NCBI GenBank assembly: GCA_017409005.1
Contig: JAFQTP010000002.1
Span: forward strand, 377,286 to 441,285
Direction: 5' to 3'
Length of the DNA stretch: 64,000 nt
Source: Clostridia bacterium
Lineage (GTDB): Bacteria > Bacillota > Clostridia > Christensenellales > UBA1242
The position numbers and the translations under genes are program-made. The stretch's first letter is position 1. Every line of letters starts with the position of its first letter. This document shows, one piece after another, positions 1 to 8,262 of this stretch. The notes beneath the pieces are model-generated. The model was not told the origin of the DNA. It made no database searches and saw only the letters and a program-made list of their open reading frames with translations.

Positions 1-590
1 CAATTGTGCTTTCAGCTGCAATGTTCACACTTTTACATGGCAGTTTGCAACAAACAGTGTATCAGTTTATTTTGGGCATGCTTTTAGGCTATGCAATGCA
101 CTATGGTAAAAGCATTGTTTACCCAATGCTACTTCACTTTGTTAACAACCTAGTTGTTGTAATTAACTCGTTTATTTACACAATTAAGGGGTTAGATGTT
201 AATGTCGACCCAGTTTACACAACCGCATGGGATTACATTGGTCCATTTGTGTGGTTTGTTTTAGCTGCAGCAATTATTGTTGGTACAATTTTTATTCTAA
301 GGTACATTGATGGCAAAACCAAAGCTGCTAACACCGAACAAGGTTTAACATCTGACTCACCATCTAAAACCTCTGCCGAAGTTTTTGAATCAGAAAAACC
401 TGCAAAAAAAGGTAAAAAAGAAGTTAAAAATGAGGAAATTATTGAGCCGGAAGTTAGTATAATAGAAGAGGAAGTTAACACCGAAACAAAAACACTAACA
501 CATCAAGATAAAATGTATGTTTGGGGCTCAATGGCACTAGCGGCATTTTTATGGCTAACAAACACCATTATGCAATTTTTTGGAATTTAA
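1..590 (+). CDS. CPBP-family intramembrane protease (CAAX-protease-like), 5' end cut by window edge
   Basis: Frame 3 is open from the window edge to TAA 588-590. The translation carries the distal CPBP motifs (FTLLHG = FxxxH; LLHFVNNL = HxxxN) inside hydrophobic helices. A ~90-aa Lys/Glu/Ser-rich hydrophilic stretch and one last hydrophobic helix follow. Confidence 0.8.
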   Translation, partial: IVLSAAMFTLLHGSLQQTVYQFILGMLLGYAMHYGKSIVYPMLLHFVNNLVVVINSFIYTIKGLDVNVDPVYTTAWDYIGPFVWFVLAAAIIVGTIFILRYIDGKTKAANTEQGLTSDSPSKTSAEVFESEKPAKKGKKEVKNEEIIEPEVSIIEEEVNTETKTLTHQDKMYVWGSMALAAFLWLTNTIMQFFGI

Positions 591-613
591 GATTTAACTA
601 AGTTAGGAGAAAA

Positions 614-1762
614 ATGAACAAAAATTCAAAAGTTTATAAGGTTTACTTAATATATTTTATAAGCATGGCTTTATTTTGTTGTTTAAGAATAGCCTCTTCT
701 TTTGGTGCGTTCAATTTTTTACACCCCGATATTGCCGACATTGTTTACACGGTTGTTATTCAAGTTGGTTTAATGCTTGTGCTTCCAATGTCGCTTTATA
801 CATTGTTTTTTAAAAGTAAAGAAGGTTTTATTTCAACATTCCGCGACACCCATTTAAGCCATGGCGTTAATTGGCGAGTTCTAATTTTATCGTTTGGGCT
901 TGGAATTTTGGCTTTCTTTATTAACATTGCTGTTTCAACATTGTTTAGCGGAATTATAGCATTCTTTGGTTATTCACAACCTATTTCTGGTGTAACCGAT
1001 AGTTCTTATACTCCAATGTTTCCTAGTTGGGCAAACTTTTTAATTCAACTAGTAACAGTTGCTGTTCTGCCTGCTTTTTGCGAGGAGTTTTTACACCGTG
1101 GCATTTTGTTTAGGGGAATAAGACAAATTGGCTATAAAAAAGCAATTTTAATAAGTTCGCTTTTGTTTGGGTTAATTCACTTTAACATAAACCAGTTTTT
1201 CTATGCTTTTGTGTTAGGCATGCTTATGGCACTTGTGTGCATTGTTTCAAAAAGCATTTATCCAGCCATGATTATTCACTTTACAAACAACGCTATAAGT
1301 GTTTATTTGTCGCATGCCGAAGCAAATGGTTGGTTTGGTAAAAACTTTTATAACTACCTAAATCAATTTTTGCAAAGCAGCAATCCAATTTTAACTTTTA
1401 TTGCTTGCTTCTCGTTTTTATCTATTGTGGTAATTTTAATTATTGTTATTATTGCAAGAATTTTCAAACTTCAAACTTTAAACAAGGTTCAACGTGTAAT
1501 TGATTCTATGTATACCGACGACGAAAAGGCAACCACCAATTCGCCAATTGTTGTAGAAAAAAGCAAAATGCTTCAAGAAATGCTTGAAAACAACACAACT
1601 CTAAACCTTAACTACGAAGAAATGAAAAGCCCAATTGATATTGTAATTCCTAAGCAGAAAAACATTTTTAAAGCAAAATTAGAAGATAATTTGTTTTTAA
1701 TTTCGGCAATGTGTTTGGGTGGATTAATAACATTTTTCACGTTTATTTGGGGGCTGTTTTAA
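614..1762 (+). CDS. CPBP-family intramembrane glutamic endopeptidase
   Basis: 382-aa polytopic membrane protein with all three CPBP motifs: CEEFLHRG (EExxxR), LFGLIHF (FxxxH), IIHFTNN (HxxxN). AGGAGA lies just upstream of the ATG at 614. The C-terminal layout matches the upstream paralog (hydrophilic ~90 aa, then a terminal TM helix). Confidence 0.85.
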   Translation: MNKNSKVYKVYLIYFISMALFCCLRIASSFGAFNFLHPDIADIVYTVVIQVGLMLVLPMSLYTLFFKSKEGFISTFRDTHLSHGVNWRVLILSFGLGILAFFINIAVSTLFSGIIAFFGYSQPISGVTDSSYTPMFPSWANFLIQLVTVAVLPAFCEEFLHRGILFRGIRQIGYKKAILISSLLFGLIHFNINQFFYAFVLGMLMALVCIVSKSIYPAMIIHFTNNAISVYLSHAEANGWFGKNFYNYLNQFLQSSNPILTFIACFSFLSIVVILIIVIIARIFKLQTLNKVQRVIDSMYTDDEKATTNSPIVVEKSKMLQEMLENNTTLNLNYEEMKSPIDIVIPKQKNIFKAKLEDNLFLISAMCLGGLITFFTFIWGLF

Positions 1763-2232
1763 TGAATATTAAAATTGTTTGTGTTGGCAATGTTAAAGAA
1801 CAATATTTTCGTGATGCTTTATCTGAATATTATAAACGCCTTGGCCGCTATGTTAACCTAAAAGTGGTTGAGGTTAAAGAAGAATCGGTGCCTAAAAAAC
1901 CAACCGATGGCGAAATTTTAAAAGTTACCGAAACTGAAACTTTAAGGCTTATTTCTGAGTGTGAAGGCTATGTTATTTTGTTAAGCCCTAAGGGTAAAAA
2001 GTTTTCAAGCCCAGAGTTAGCAAAATTGCTTAAAAAAACAGAAGACAGTTTTTCAACCATAACTTTTGTAGTTGGTGGCAGTTATGGTGTTAGCCAAAAA
2101 ATGTTTGAAAGGGCAAATTTAACCATGTCGTTTAGCGACCTAACATTTCCGCACCAACTATTTAGGGTTATGCTTTCTGAGCAAATTTATAGGGCATACA
2201 CCATTATTAATAACGTAACATATCATAAATAG
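1762..2232 (+). CDS. rlmH: 23S rRNA (pseudouridine1915-N3)-methyltransferase RlmH
   Basis: 156 aa from the ATG at 1762, which overlaps the upstream stop as TAATG. MNIKIVCVGNVKEQYF...ITFVVGGSYGVS...LTFPHQLFRVMLSEQIYRAY...YHK is collinear with Bacillus RlmH (YydA). The ORF-track start at 1711 lies inside the upstream gene and is not used. Confidence 0.92.
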   Translation: MNIKIVCVGNVKEQYFRDALSEYYKRLGRYVNLKVVEVKEESVPKKPTDGEILKVTETETLRLISECEGYVILLSPKGKKFSSPELAKLLKKTEDSFSTITFVVGGSYGVSQKMFERANLTMSFSDLTFPHQLFRVMLSEQIYRAYTIINNVTYHK

Positions 2233-2237
2233 AAATT

Positions 2238-2696
2238 ATGGATAAATTTAACTACATGCAACTTGCAATAAACTTAGCAAACAAGGCGGCAAAACAAGGA
2301 GATATTCCGGTTGGCGCCGTTGTTGTTTGTAATGGCAACATTGTGGGAACAGGTTATAATAAAAAAGAAAAAAAGAAAAATGCGCTTATGCACGCCGAAA
2401 TTATTGCAATTAATAAAGCAAGCAAAAAGCTTAAAGATTATAGGTTAGAAGATTGCGAACTTTATGTTACTTTTGAACCATGTTTAATGTGTGTTGGAGC
2501 AATTTTAAGTGCTAGAATTAAAAAAGTTTATTTTGGTGCATTTGATAACCGCTTTGGTGCGTGTAAGTTGCTAACCGAAAACAACTTTAACCATAAGGCT
2601 TCGTTTGAGGGTGGCGTTATGGAAGAGGAATGTTCTAAACTTTTAACAAGTTTTTTTAAAGGTTTAAGACAAAATAAGGAACAAAAACGCAAATAA
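2238..2696 (+). CDS. tadA: tRNA adenosine(34) deaminase TadA
   Basis: 152 aa with the CDA-fold zinc motifs HAEIIAI (H-A-E) and EPCLMCVGAI (PCxxC). The size is typical of TadA. Confidence 0.92.
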   Translation: MDKFNYMQLAINLANKAAKQGDIPVGAVVVCNGNIVGTGYNKKEKKKNALMHAEIIAINKASKKLKDYRLEDCELYVTFEPCLMCVGAILSARIKKVYFGAFDNRFGACKLLTENNFNHKASFEGGVMEEECSKLLTSFFKGLRQNKEQKRK

Positions 2697-2731
2697 AATA
2701 ATAATTAAATATAAAACATATTAAAGGTGAA

Positions 2732-3583
2732 GTGTTGATTAAAACTGAAACAATTTTAAAACCGAATAAAATTGAAAACTCTGAACTAAGTGTTTTAATT
2801 TTTAAATGCGAAAATGCCGATGTTTGTTTACTTGAAAAAACAATGCTAAACTGGGTTAAAGATGCAGTAAGTGCATATGAAACCCATGTGGTAAATTTTA
2901 ACCCAAATAAACCAGAGTTTAACCAAATTAAAAGCAATTTAGCAAAAACAAAATATATGCTTGTGCTATATTCTTTTAATCCACTTTTAACAACTCAAAA
3001 CCTAAACCTTTGCATCGACTACGCTGTTTTAAGGGGAGAAACGCTTGTTAAATTGCCGTTTGGCTATGTTTTTGAAACTAATTATTTTAATGGGTTAACT
3101 GAAATTAAAGAACCACTTGTGTTTAATGCCGATGCAAGCGAATTTTTAAAAATAAGTTCGCAAACCGAAATTGGCTATGCTACCGAGGTTTTAAGCCGAC
3201 GCATTTTGCAAAACTTAATTTTAAATGGCGTTAACATTATAAATCCGGCAAGTGTAGTTATTAACGCAAATTGTAAAGTGGAAAAAAATGTTACCATTTA
3301 TCCGTTTAACACTTTATCTGGCAAAACAATTATTAAAAGCGGTGCCATTTTAAAAGAGGGCAACACCATAACAAATTCCGAAATTGCTGAAAATGTTGCG
3401 GTTGCAAACAGTATCATTTCTAATAGCAAAATCGGTGCCGATTCGGTAATTTTTCCATTTAATACAATTGAAAACAAAAGTGTGATAGGGGCAAATTGTG
3501 TTATTAAAAGCTATAACAAATTAAACAATGTTAAAGTTGGCGATAACACAAGCATAGAAAGTTTTAATGATATTGGTAATTAA
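2732..3583 (+). CDS. GlmU-like N-terminal half (degenerate nucleotidyltransferase-like domain plus left-handed beta-helix repeats)
   Basis: 283 aa collinear with the first ~300 residues of Bacillus GlmU. LVLYSFNPLLTTQNL aligns with IVICGDTPLLTAETM, and RRILQNLILNGVNIINPASVVINANCKVEKNVTIYP with [37 protein letters not shown]. Hexapeptide repeats follow. The Gly-rich NTP loop LAAGxGTRM is replaced by LIFKCENADV. The start (GTG 2732 or TTG 2735) is uncertain. Confidence 0.6.
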   Translation: MLIKTETILKPNKIENSELSVLIFKCENADVCLLEKTMLNWVKDAVSAYETHVVNFNPNKPEFNQIKSNLAKTKYMLVLYSFNPLLTTQNLNLCIDYAVLRGETLVKLPFGYVFETNYFNGLTEIKEPLVFNADASEFLKISSQTEIGYATEVLSRRILQNLILNGVNIINPASVVINANCKVEKNVTIYPFNTLSGKTIIKSGAILKEGNTITNSEIAENVAVANSIISNSKIGADSVIFPFNTIENKSVIGANCVIKSYNKLNNVKVGDNTSIESFNDIGN

Positions 3584-3603
3584 CCATTAATTAGAGGTAA
3601 ATT

Positions 3604-4194
3604 ATGCAAAAACAAGGCATATTTACTAACGACGAATATTCTGTTATAATTAACAAGAATGCAAAAATTTTAAGTTTTAACAAACTTAATAACTGCACAA
3701 TTTATGGTGCTCAAATTTCGGCAAGCCACATTTTTAATTCGGTTGTGGCAGATGGAGCAGAAGTTAACAGCAGTTATTTACGTGGTGCAATAGTTCGAAG
3801 GCATGCAAAAGTGGGCGTGTTTAGCCATTTGCGTGAAGGTAGTGTTATTGGCGAACATGTTAGAATTGGTAATTTTGTTGAAACAAAAAATTCTAACATT
3901 GGTGCACAATCAAAGGTTGCACATTTAACTTATGTTGGCGATGCCATGGTGGGCAAAAACGTTAATGTTGGTTGCGGAACAGTGTTTTGCAACTATAACG
4001 GAAAAATAAAGCAAAAAACCTTTGTTGGCGATAATGTTTTTATTGGTTCAAATTCAAATTTGGTGGCACCACTTGTAATTGATAGTAATACTTTTATTGC
4101 TGCTGGCAGCACCATAACGCAAAATGTGCCTGAGCACGCTTTAGCAATTGCAAGGGCAAGGCAAATAAACAAATTAAATTATTTAAATACATAA
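3604..4194 (+). CDS. GlmU-like C-terminal acetyltransferase half (hexapeptide-repeat LbH domain)
   Basis: 196 aa with its own RBS (AGAGGT 3593-3598) and ATG. AHLTYVGDAMVGKNVNVGCGTVFCNYNGKIKQKTFVGDNVFIGSNSNLVAPLVIDSNTFIAAGSTITQNVPEHALAIARARQINK closely matches the GlmU C-terminal acetyltransferase region (SHLSYVGDAEVG...NSNLVAPVTVG...ALAIARARQVNK in B. subtilis). Confidence 0.8.
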   Translation: MQKQGIFTNDEYSVIINKNAKILSFNKLNNCTIYGAQISASHIFNSVVADGAEVNSSYLRGAIVRRHAKVGVFSHLREGSVIGEHVRIGNFVETKNSNIGAQSKVAHLTYVGDAMVGKNVNVGCGTVFCNYNGKIKQKTFVGDNVFIGSNSNLVAPLVIDSNTFIAAGSTITQNVPEHALAIARARQINKLNYLNT

Positions 4195-4213
4195 GTTTTA
4201 AGGAGATAAACAA

Positions 4214-4768
4214 ATGATAGTAATAGTTGGCCTTGGCAATGTTGGTTCGGAATACGATAACACATATCACAACATGGGCTTTAGTGTGTTAAACAAATTT
4301 GCCGCAAAAAACGGCTTTACTTTTAACAAATCTAAATTTTCAGGAACTATTGCCGAGGGTGTGTTTAATGGCGAAAAAGTAATTTTACTTAAACCATCTA
4401 CATTCATGAATTTAAGCGGAACAAGCGTTAAAAAACTGGTTTCCATGTATAAACTCGACCTTAAAAACATGCTTGTTGTTTACGACGATATCGATTTACC
4501 AGTTGGTGCACTTAGGGTTCGCAAAAATGGAAGTGCAGGCACGCATAATGGCATGCGTAACATTGTTTTAGAACTTGGCTCAAGCGAATTTCCTAGGCTT
4601 AGGGTGGGCATTGGCCGCGACGAACGCATGAACCTTGCCGACTATGTTTTAAGCCATGTAAGCCAAGAAAACGCCTTAAAATTAGAGCCTGCTTTTAATA
4701 ACGCTGTGAATGTTATTGAACAATTTATTTCTTTAAAGGCTGATGTAGAAAAAATTAGGATTAGTTAA
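4214..4768 (+). CDS. pth: peptidyl-tRNA hydrolase
   Basis: 184 aa. Matching segments are GLGNVGSEYDNTYHNMGF, STFMNLSG and AGTHNGMRNI. It sits immediately upstream of mfd, as in most Bacillota. Confidence 0.95.
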   Translation: MIVIVGLGNVGSEYDNTYHNMGFSVLNKFAAKNGFTFNKSKFSGTIAEGVFNGEKVILLKPSTFMNLSGTSVKKLVSMYKLDLKNMLVVYDDIDLPVGALRVRKNGSAGTHNGMRNIVLELGSSEFPRLRVGIGRDERMNLADYVLSHVSQENALKLEPAFNNAVNVIEQFISLKADVEKIRIS

Positions 4769-7700
4769 TGCTAAAAAATTTAATTAACTCGCAAGGCAAT
4801 TTATCAAGGCTGCTTAGCGCCATAGATAATCACACACCAGTTAGTGTGTTTGGTGTTGGATTGCCTGAAAAAATTTTAATATTGGACGAGTTTCCCGAAC
4901 AAAAACTTATTGTGTGTGTTAACGACGACGAAGCAATAAATGTTTACGAAACATTAACAAACGAGGGAAAACGTGCCGAACTACTAATAAACAATTTAGA
5001 AACAAACGTTTCTAAATTTTCTTCTGTTAGCCAAATTAATGTGCTTGTTTCACTGCAAAATGTTGTAAGTGGTAGTTGCGATTATTTAGTAGCTTCGCCA
5101 AAGGCAATTATAAACAAATTGCCAAGTGTGCAAGTTGCTAAAAATCTGATAAAAACCCTAAACGTAGGCGAAAAATACGATTTAAAAAAATTGGTTAAAC
5201 AACTTATTTTAATGGGATATAAAAAAAGTGATGTTGTTTCTGATTCGCTTGAGTTTAGTGTTAAGGGCGATGTTTTAACTTTGTATCCAATTAACCAAGA
5301 GTATCCGGTTAAAATTTCGTTTTTCGACGATGAAATTGAATTTATTAAAAGTTTTAATCCTGTAAATCAACAAATTATTGATAGCCTAGACGATGTTTTG
5401 GTTTATAGTGTTAATTTTTTAGGCGAGTTTAATGGAACATTGTCAGATAAACTAAAGTTTAAAACCAGAGAAGCCGAGGAAACATATAACCAAATTAAAA
5501 GCGATGTTTTACAAGATGTTAAAAATGGAACATTGCCAACATGGATACACCCATTTTTAGAAGATTATACTCATTCAATTTTCGAATATTTCAACGATAA
5601 TTTAATTATTTTTGATAATCCAAAACTTATTTTAAATACCCTTTCAAGCTTTTTTAAAGACTATAAAGTTAGTTTAAACGAGGGTATTTCCGATGGTGAT
5701 TTAACTGAAAAACATAAAAATTTTTATTTCGATGTTTTTAAACTTTTCGAATTTGAAAATGTTAATGCGGGGCTTGTTGCATTTCAAAATTTAAACAATG
5801 CAAACAACATTTTTAGGCCGCATGCAGTGTTTAATATTGCCACAACTCCACAAATAAACTATGGTTACAACAAAACAACCATCTATAACGATGTTGCAAG
5901 GCAAATTGTGCTTGGAAACACTGTGCTTATTTATGCTGAAAATAAAGAACTTGCAACAAAAATGCAAAGTCTGTTTTTACCAAAAAATGTTTCAACACAA
6001 GTTATTTCGTCGGTTAGTGCCGTTCAAAAAAACTGTGTAAATTTAATTACAAAACAAAGTGGTTTAAGTTGCGGGTTTAACGACGATAAACTTATTATTT
6101 TAGGTTTAAAATCGGTAAAACCTAAAACTAAAAAAAGTGCTATAACAAGCGATTTTAACAACTTTTTACCAGAAGTTGGTGATTATGTTGTGCATGTAAG
6201 TTATGGCATAGGAAAGTGCGTAGGAATTACAAAACTAAGTGTTAACAACTCCTCAAAAGATTATATTGAAATTGAATATAAAAACAACGATAAATTGTTT
6301 TTGCCAGTTGAAAACATTGATTCAATTTCTAAATATGTTGGTGGCGACAAACCTAAAATTAATAAGTTGGGTTCAACTGAGTTTTTAAAAACCAAGCAAA
6401 AAGTTAAAGAAAGCATTAAAACTTTAACTTTCGACCTTAAAAAGCTTTATGCCGAGCGTAGTCAAATTAAAGGGATTACGTTTCCGCCTGACGACGAAAT
6501 TCAATCGGAATTTGAACGTAGTTGCTCGTTTAATTTAACAGCCGACCAAGATAAAGCGGTTATGGAAGTTAAAACCGATATGCAAAGCGAACGCACCATG
6601 GACAGGCTTATTTGTGGCGATGTTGGCTTTGGTAAAACTGAAGTTGCTGTTCGTGCTGCTTTTAAAGCTGTTATGGCTGGATACCAAGTAATGCTGCTTT
6701 GTCCAACCACAATTTTAAGCGAACAACACTATAACACGTTTTTATCGCGAATGAAAACTTTTGGTGTTAGGTGTGAGGTTTTAAATCGTTTTAAAAACAC
6801 AAAACAAACTAAGGAAATTTTATCTGGTTTTAGTGGTGGAAATGTAGATATTTTAATTGGAACACATAGGCTCCTTAGTTCCGACGTAAAACCAAAAAGT
6901 TTAGGGCTTTTAATTTTAGACGAAGAGCAACGTTTTGGTGTTGAACACAAAGAAAAAATTAAGCGTTTAAAAACCAATATAGATGTGTTAACGCTATCTG
7001 CAACGCCAATACCTAGAACAATGCATAGCGCGTTAATTGGTGTTAAAGATATTAGTGTTATTGAAACTCCGCCATATGGTAGGGTTCCGGTTATTACAAC
7101 TGTTGCCGAACAAACCGATAGTTTAATTACAAACGCCATTTTAAGGGAGCTTGGCCGCGATGGACAGGTGTTAATTGTTTATAACAGAGTTGAAACTATT
7201 TATGAGTTTTGTAGTTACATTCGTTCGCTTGTTGGTAACGAAATTTCAATTGATGTTGCTCACGGACAAATGGACGAAAAAAGCCTAGAAAATGCCATTT
7301 TTAAACTTTATAATGGCGAAACTCAAATTTTAGTTAGCACCACCCTTATTGAAAATGGTGTAGATTTACCAAGAGCAAACACCTTAATTGTAGTTAACGC
7401 TGATATGCTTGGTTTAAGTCAACTTTATCAGCTTAAAGGGCGTATTGGCAGAAGCGATAAGCAAGCATATGCAATTTTTTGCTACGAAAAATCGCGACCA
7501 TTATCCGACGAGGCATATAAGCGTTTGGGTGCTATTGTTGAATATAGTGGGCTTGGCAATGGTTTTAAAATTGCCATGCGTGATTTAGAAATTAGAGGTG
7601 CTGGCAGTTTGTTTGGCGCCGAACAAAGTGGACATATTGAAAGCGTTGGTTATAGCATGTATTTAACCCTTTTAAACGAAGCCATAAGCGAAATTAAAGG

Positions 7701-8169
7701 GGAAAAAGTAAATAGGTTTACCGATGTTAAAATTGATTGTTATTTCGATGCTCACTTGCCAAACTACTATGTTGAAAACACGTCGGTACGAATGGAAATA
7801 TATTCCGAAATTGCAAAAGTTAAAACCAGGCAAGAAATGGACGAATTGGTTAAAAAACTTGAGTTCAATTTTGGCGAAATTCCATCTGAGGTTGTTAATT
7901 TAATTTATGTTGCACAAATTAAAAATGCGTGTGCAAATTTAGATGTTAAACGTGTTAGCGTGGGTGTTAAAGACACAAAAATAACTTTCAACCAATCTAA
8001 CGAAAAAATATTAAAAGCATTAAGCGAATTAATGGTAAATAGCAAATTAGATTGCGTATTAAATTTAGAAACCTTGCCAATAATTACAATAAAAAATGGG
8101 GTAAGTTTGTTTATAACGTTAGAAAACATTGTTTTTGCACTAAAACAACTTGCTAATTTAAGCAAATAA
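4768..8169 (+). CDS. mfd: transcription-repair coupling factor Mfd
   Basis: 1133 aa. The start overlaps the pth stop as TAATG at 4766-4770. It contains a CarD/TRCF RNAP-interacting region (GDYVVHVSYGIGKCVGI), superfamily-2 helicase motifs (GDVGFGKTEVA, LILDEEQRFGV, LSATPIPRT, QLKGRIGR) and a TRCF C-terminal domain. Confidence 0.97.
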   Translation: MLKNLINSQGNLSRLLSAIDNHTPVSVFGVGLPEKILILDEFPEQKLIVCVNDDEAINVYETLTNEGKRAELLINNLETNVSKFSSVSQINVLVSLQNVVSGSCDYLVASPKAIINKLPSVQVAKNLIKTLNVGEKYDLKKLVKQLILMGYKKSDVVSDSLEFSVKGDVLTLYPINQEYPVKISFFDDEIEFIKSFNPVNQQIIDSLDDVLVYSVNFLGEFNGTLSDKLKFKTREAEETYNQIKSDVLQDVKNGTLPTWIHPFLEDYTHSIFEYFNDNLIIFDNPKLILNTLSSFFKDYKVSLNEGISDGDLTEKHKNFYFDVFKLFEFENVNAGLVAFQNLNNANNIFRPHAVFNIATTPQINYGYNKTTIYNDVARQIVLGNTVLIYAENKELATKMQSLFLPKNVSTQVISSVSAVQKNCVNLITKQSGLSCGFNDDKLIILGLKSVKPKTKKSAITSDFNNFLPEVGDYVVHVSYGIGKCVGITKLSVNNSSKDYIEIEYKNNDKLFLPVENIDSISKYVGGDKPKINKLGSTEFLKTKQKVKESIKTLTFDLKKLYAERSQIKGITFPPDDEIQSEFERSCSFNLTADQDKAVMEVKTDMQSERTMDRLICGDVGFGKTEVAVRAAFKAVMAGYQVMLLCPTTILSEQHYNTFLSRMKTFGVRCEVLNRFKNTKQTKEILSGFSGGNVDILIGTHRLLSSDVKPKSLGLLILDEEQRFGVEHKEKIKRLKTNIDVLTLSATPIPRTMHSALIGVKDISVIETPPYGRVPVITTVAEQTDSLITNAILRELGRDGQVLIVYNRVETIYEFCSYIRSLVGNEISIDVAHGQMDEKSLENAIFKLYNGETQILVSTTLIENGVDLPRANTLIVVNADMLGLSQLYQLKGRIGRSDKQAYAIFCYEKSRPLSDEAYKRLGAIVEYSGLGNGFKIAMRDLEIRGAGSLFGAEQSGHIESVGYSMYLTLLNEAISEIKGEKVNRFTDVKIDCYFDAHLPNYYVENTSVRMEIYSEIAKVKTRQEMDELVKKLEFNFGEIPSEVVNLIYVAQIKNACANLDVKRVSVGVKDTKITFNQSNEKILKALSELMVNSKLDCVLNLETLPIITIKNGVSLFITLENIVFALKQLANLSK

Positions 8170-8182
8170 ATATTTTAGTTAG

Positions 8183-8211
8183 TTGCTTTTAAAATTCAAA
8201 TTTGTTACAAT
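8183..8211 (+). promoter_or_regulatory. sigma-A-type promoter for the PrsA-like gene
   Basis: TTGCTT (8183-8188), a 17-nt spacer, then TACAAT (8206-8211) with an extended -10 TG at 8203-8204. It lies about 50 nt upstream of the ATG at 8263. Confidence 0.5.
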
Positions 8212-8262
8212 ACTAAGACTTATTATGTAAAATATTGCTTAAAGGTAACTTTACGGAGAATT

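Noticed and set aside
1711-1761. Upstream extensions of ORF-track starts: rlmH at 1711, the M23 gene at 14789, spoIIID at 15910 and giant gene 2 at 34586 (TTG).
   Set aside because: In each case a downstream ATG has a proper Shine-Dalgarno sequence at 5-8 nt. That ATG also begins the conserved N-terminus or signal peptide (1762, 14849, 15916, 34616). The extensions overlap the upstream gene or promoter sequence.
6729-7139. Minus-strand and off-frame ORFs of 60-136 aa inside mfd, the giant genes, rpoB and rpoC (e.g. 6501-6710, 6729-7139, 19007-19315, 41142-41447, 43423-43776, 51109-51393, 58600-58875, 63375-63695).
   Set aside because: These are shadow ORFs inside long, strongly supported genes. 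Their composition is low-complexity or hydrophobic junk, they have no RBS, and they show no recognisable motifs. Such ORFs are expected by chance in AT-rich DNA with few stop codons on the antisense strand of N/T/V-rich genes.
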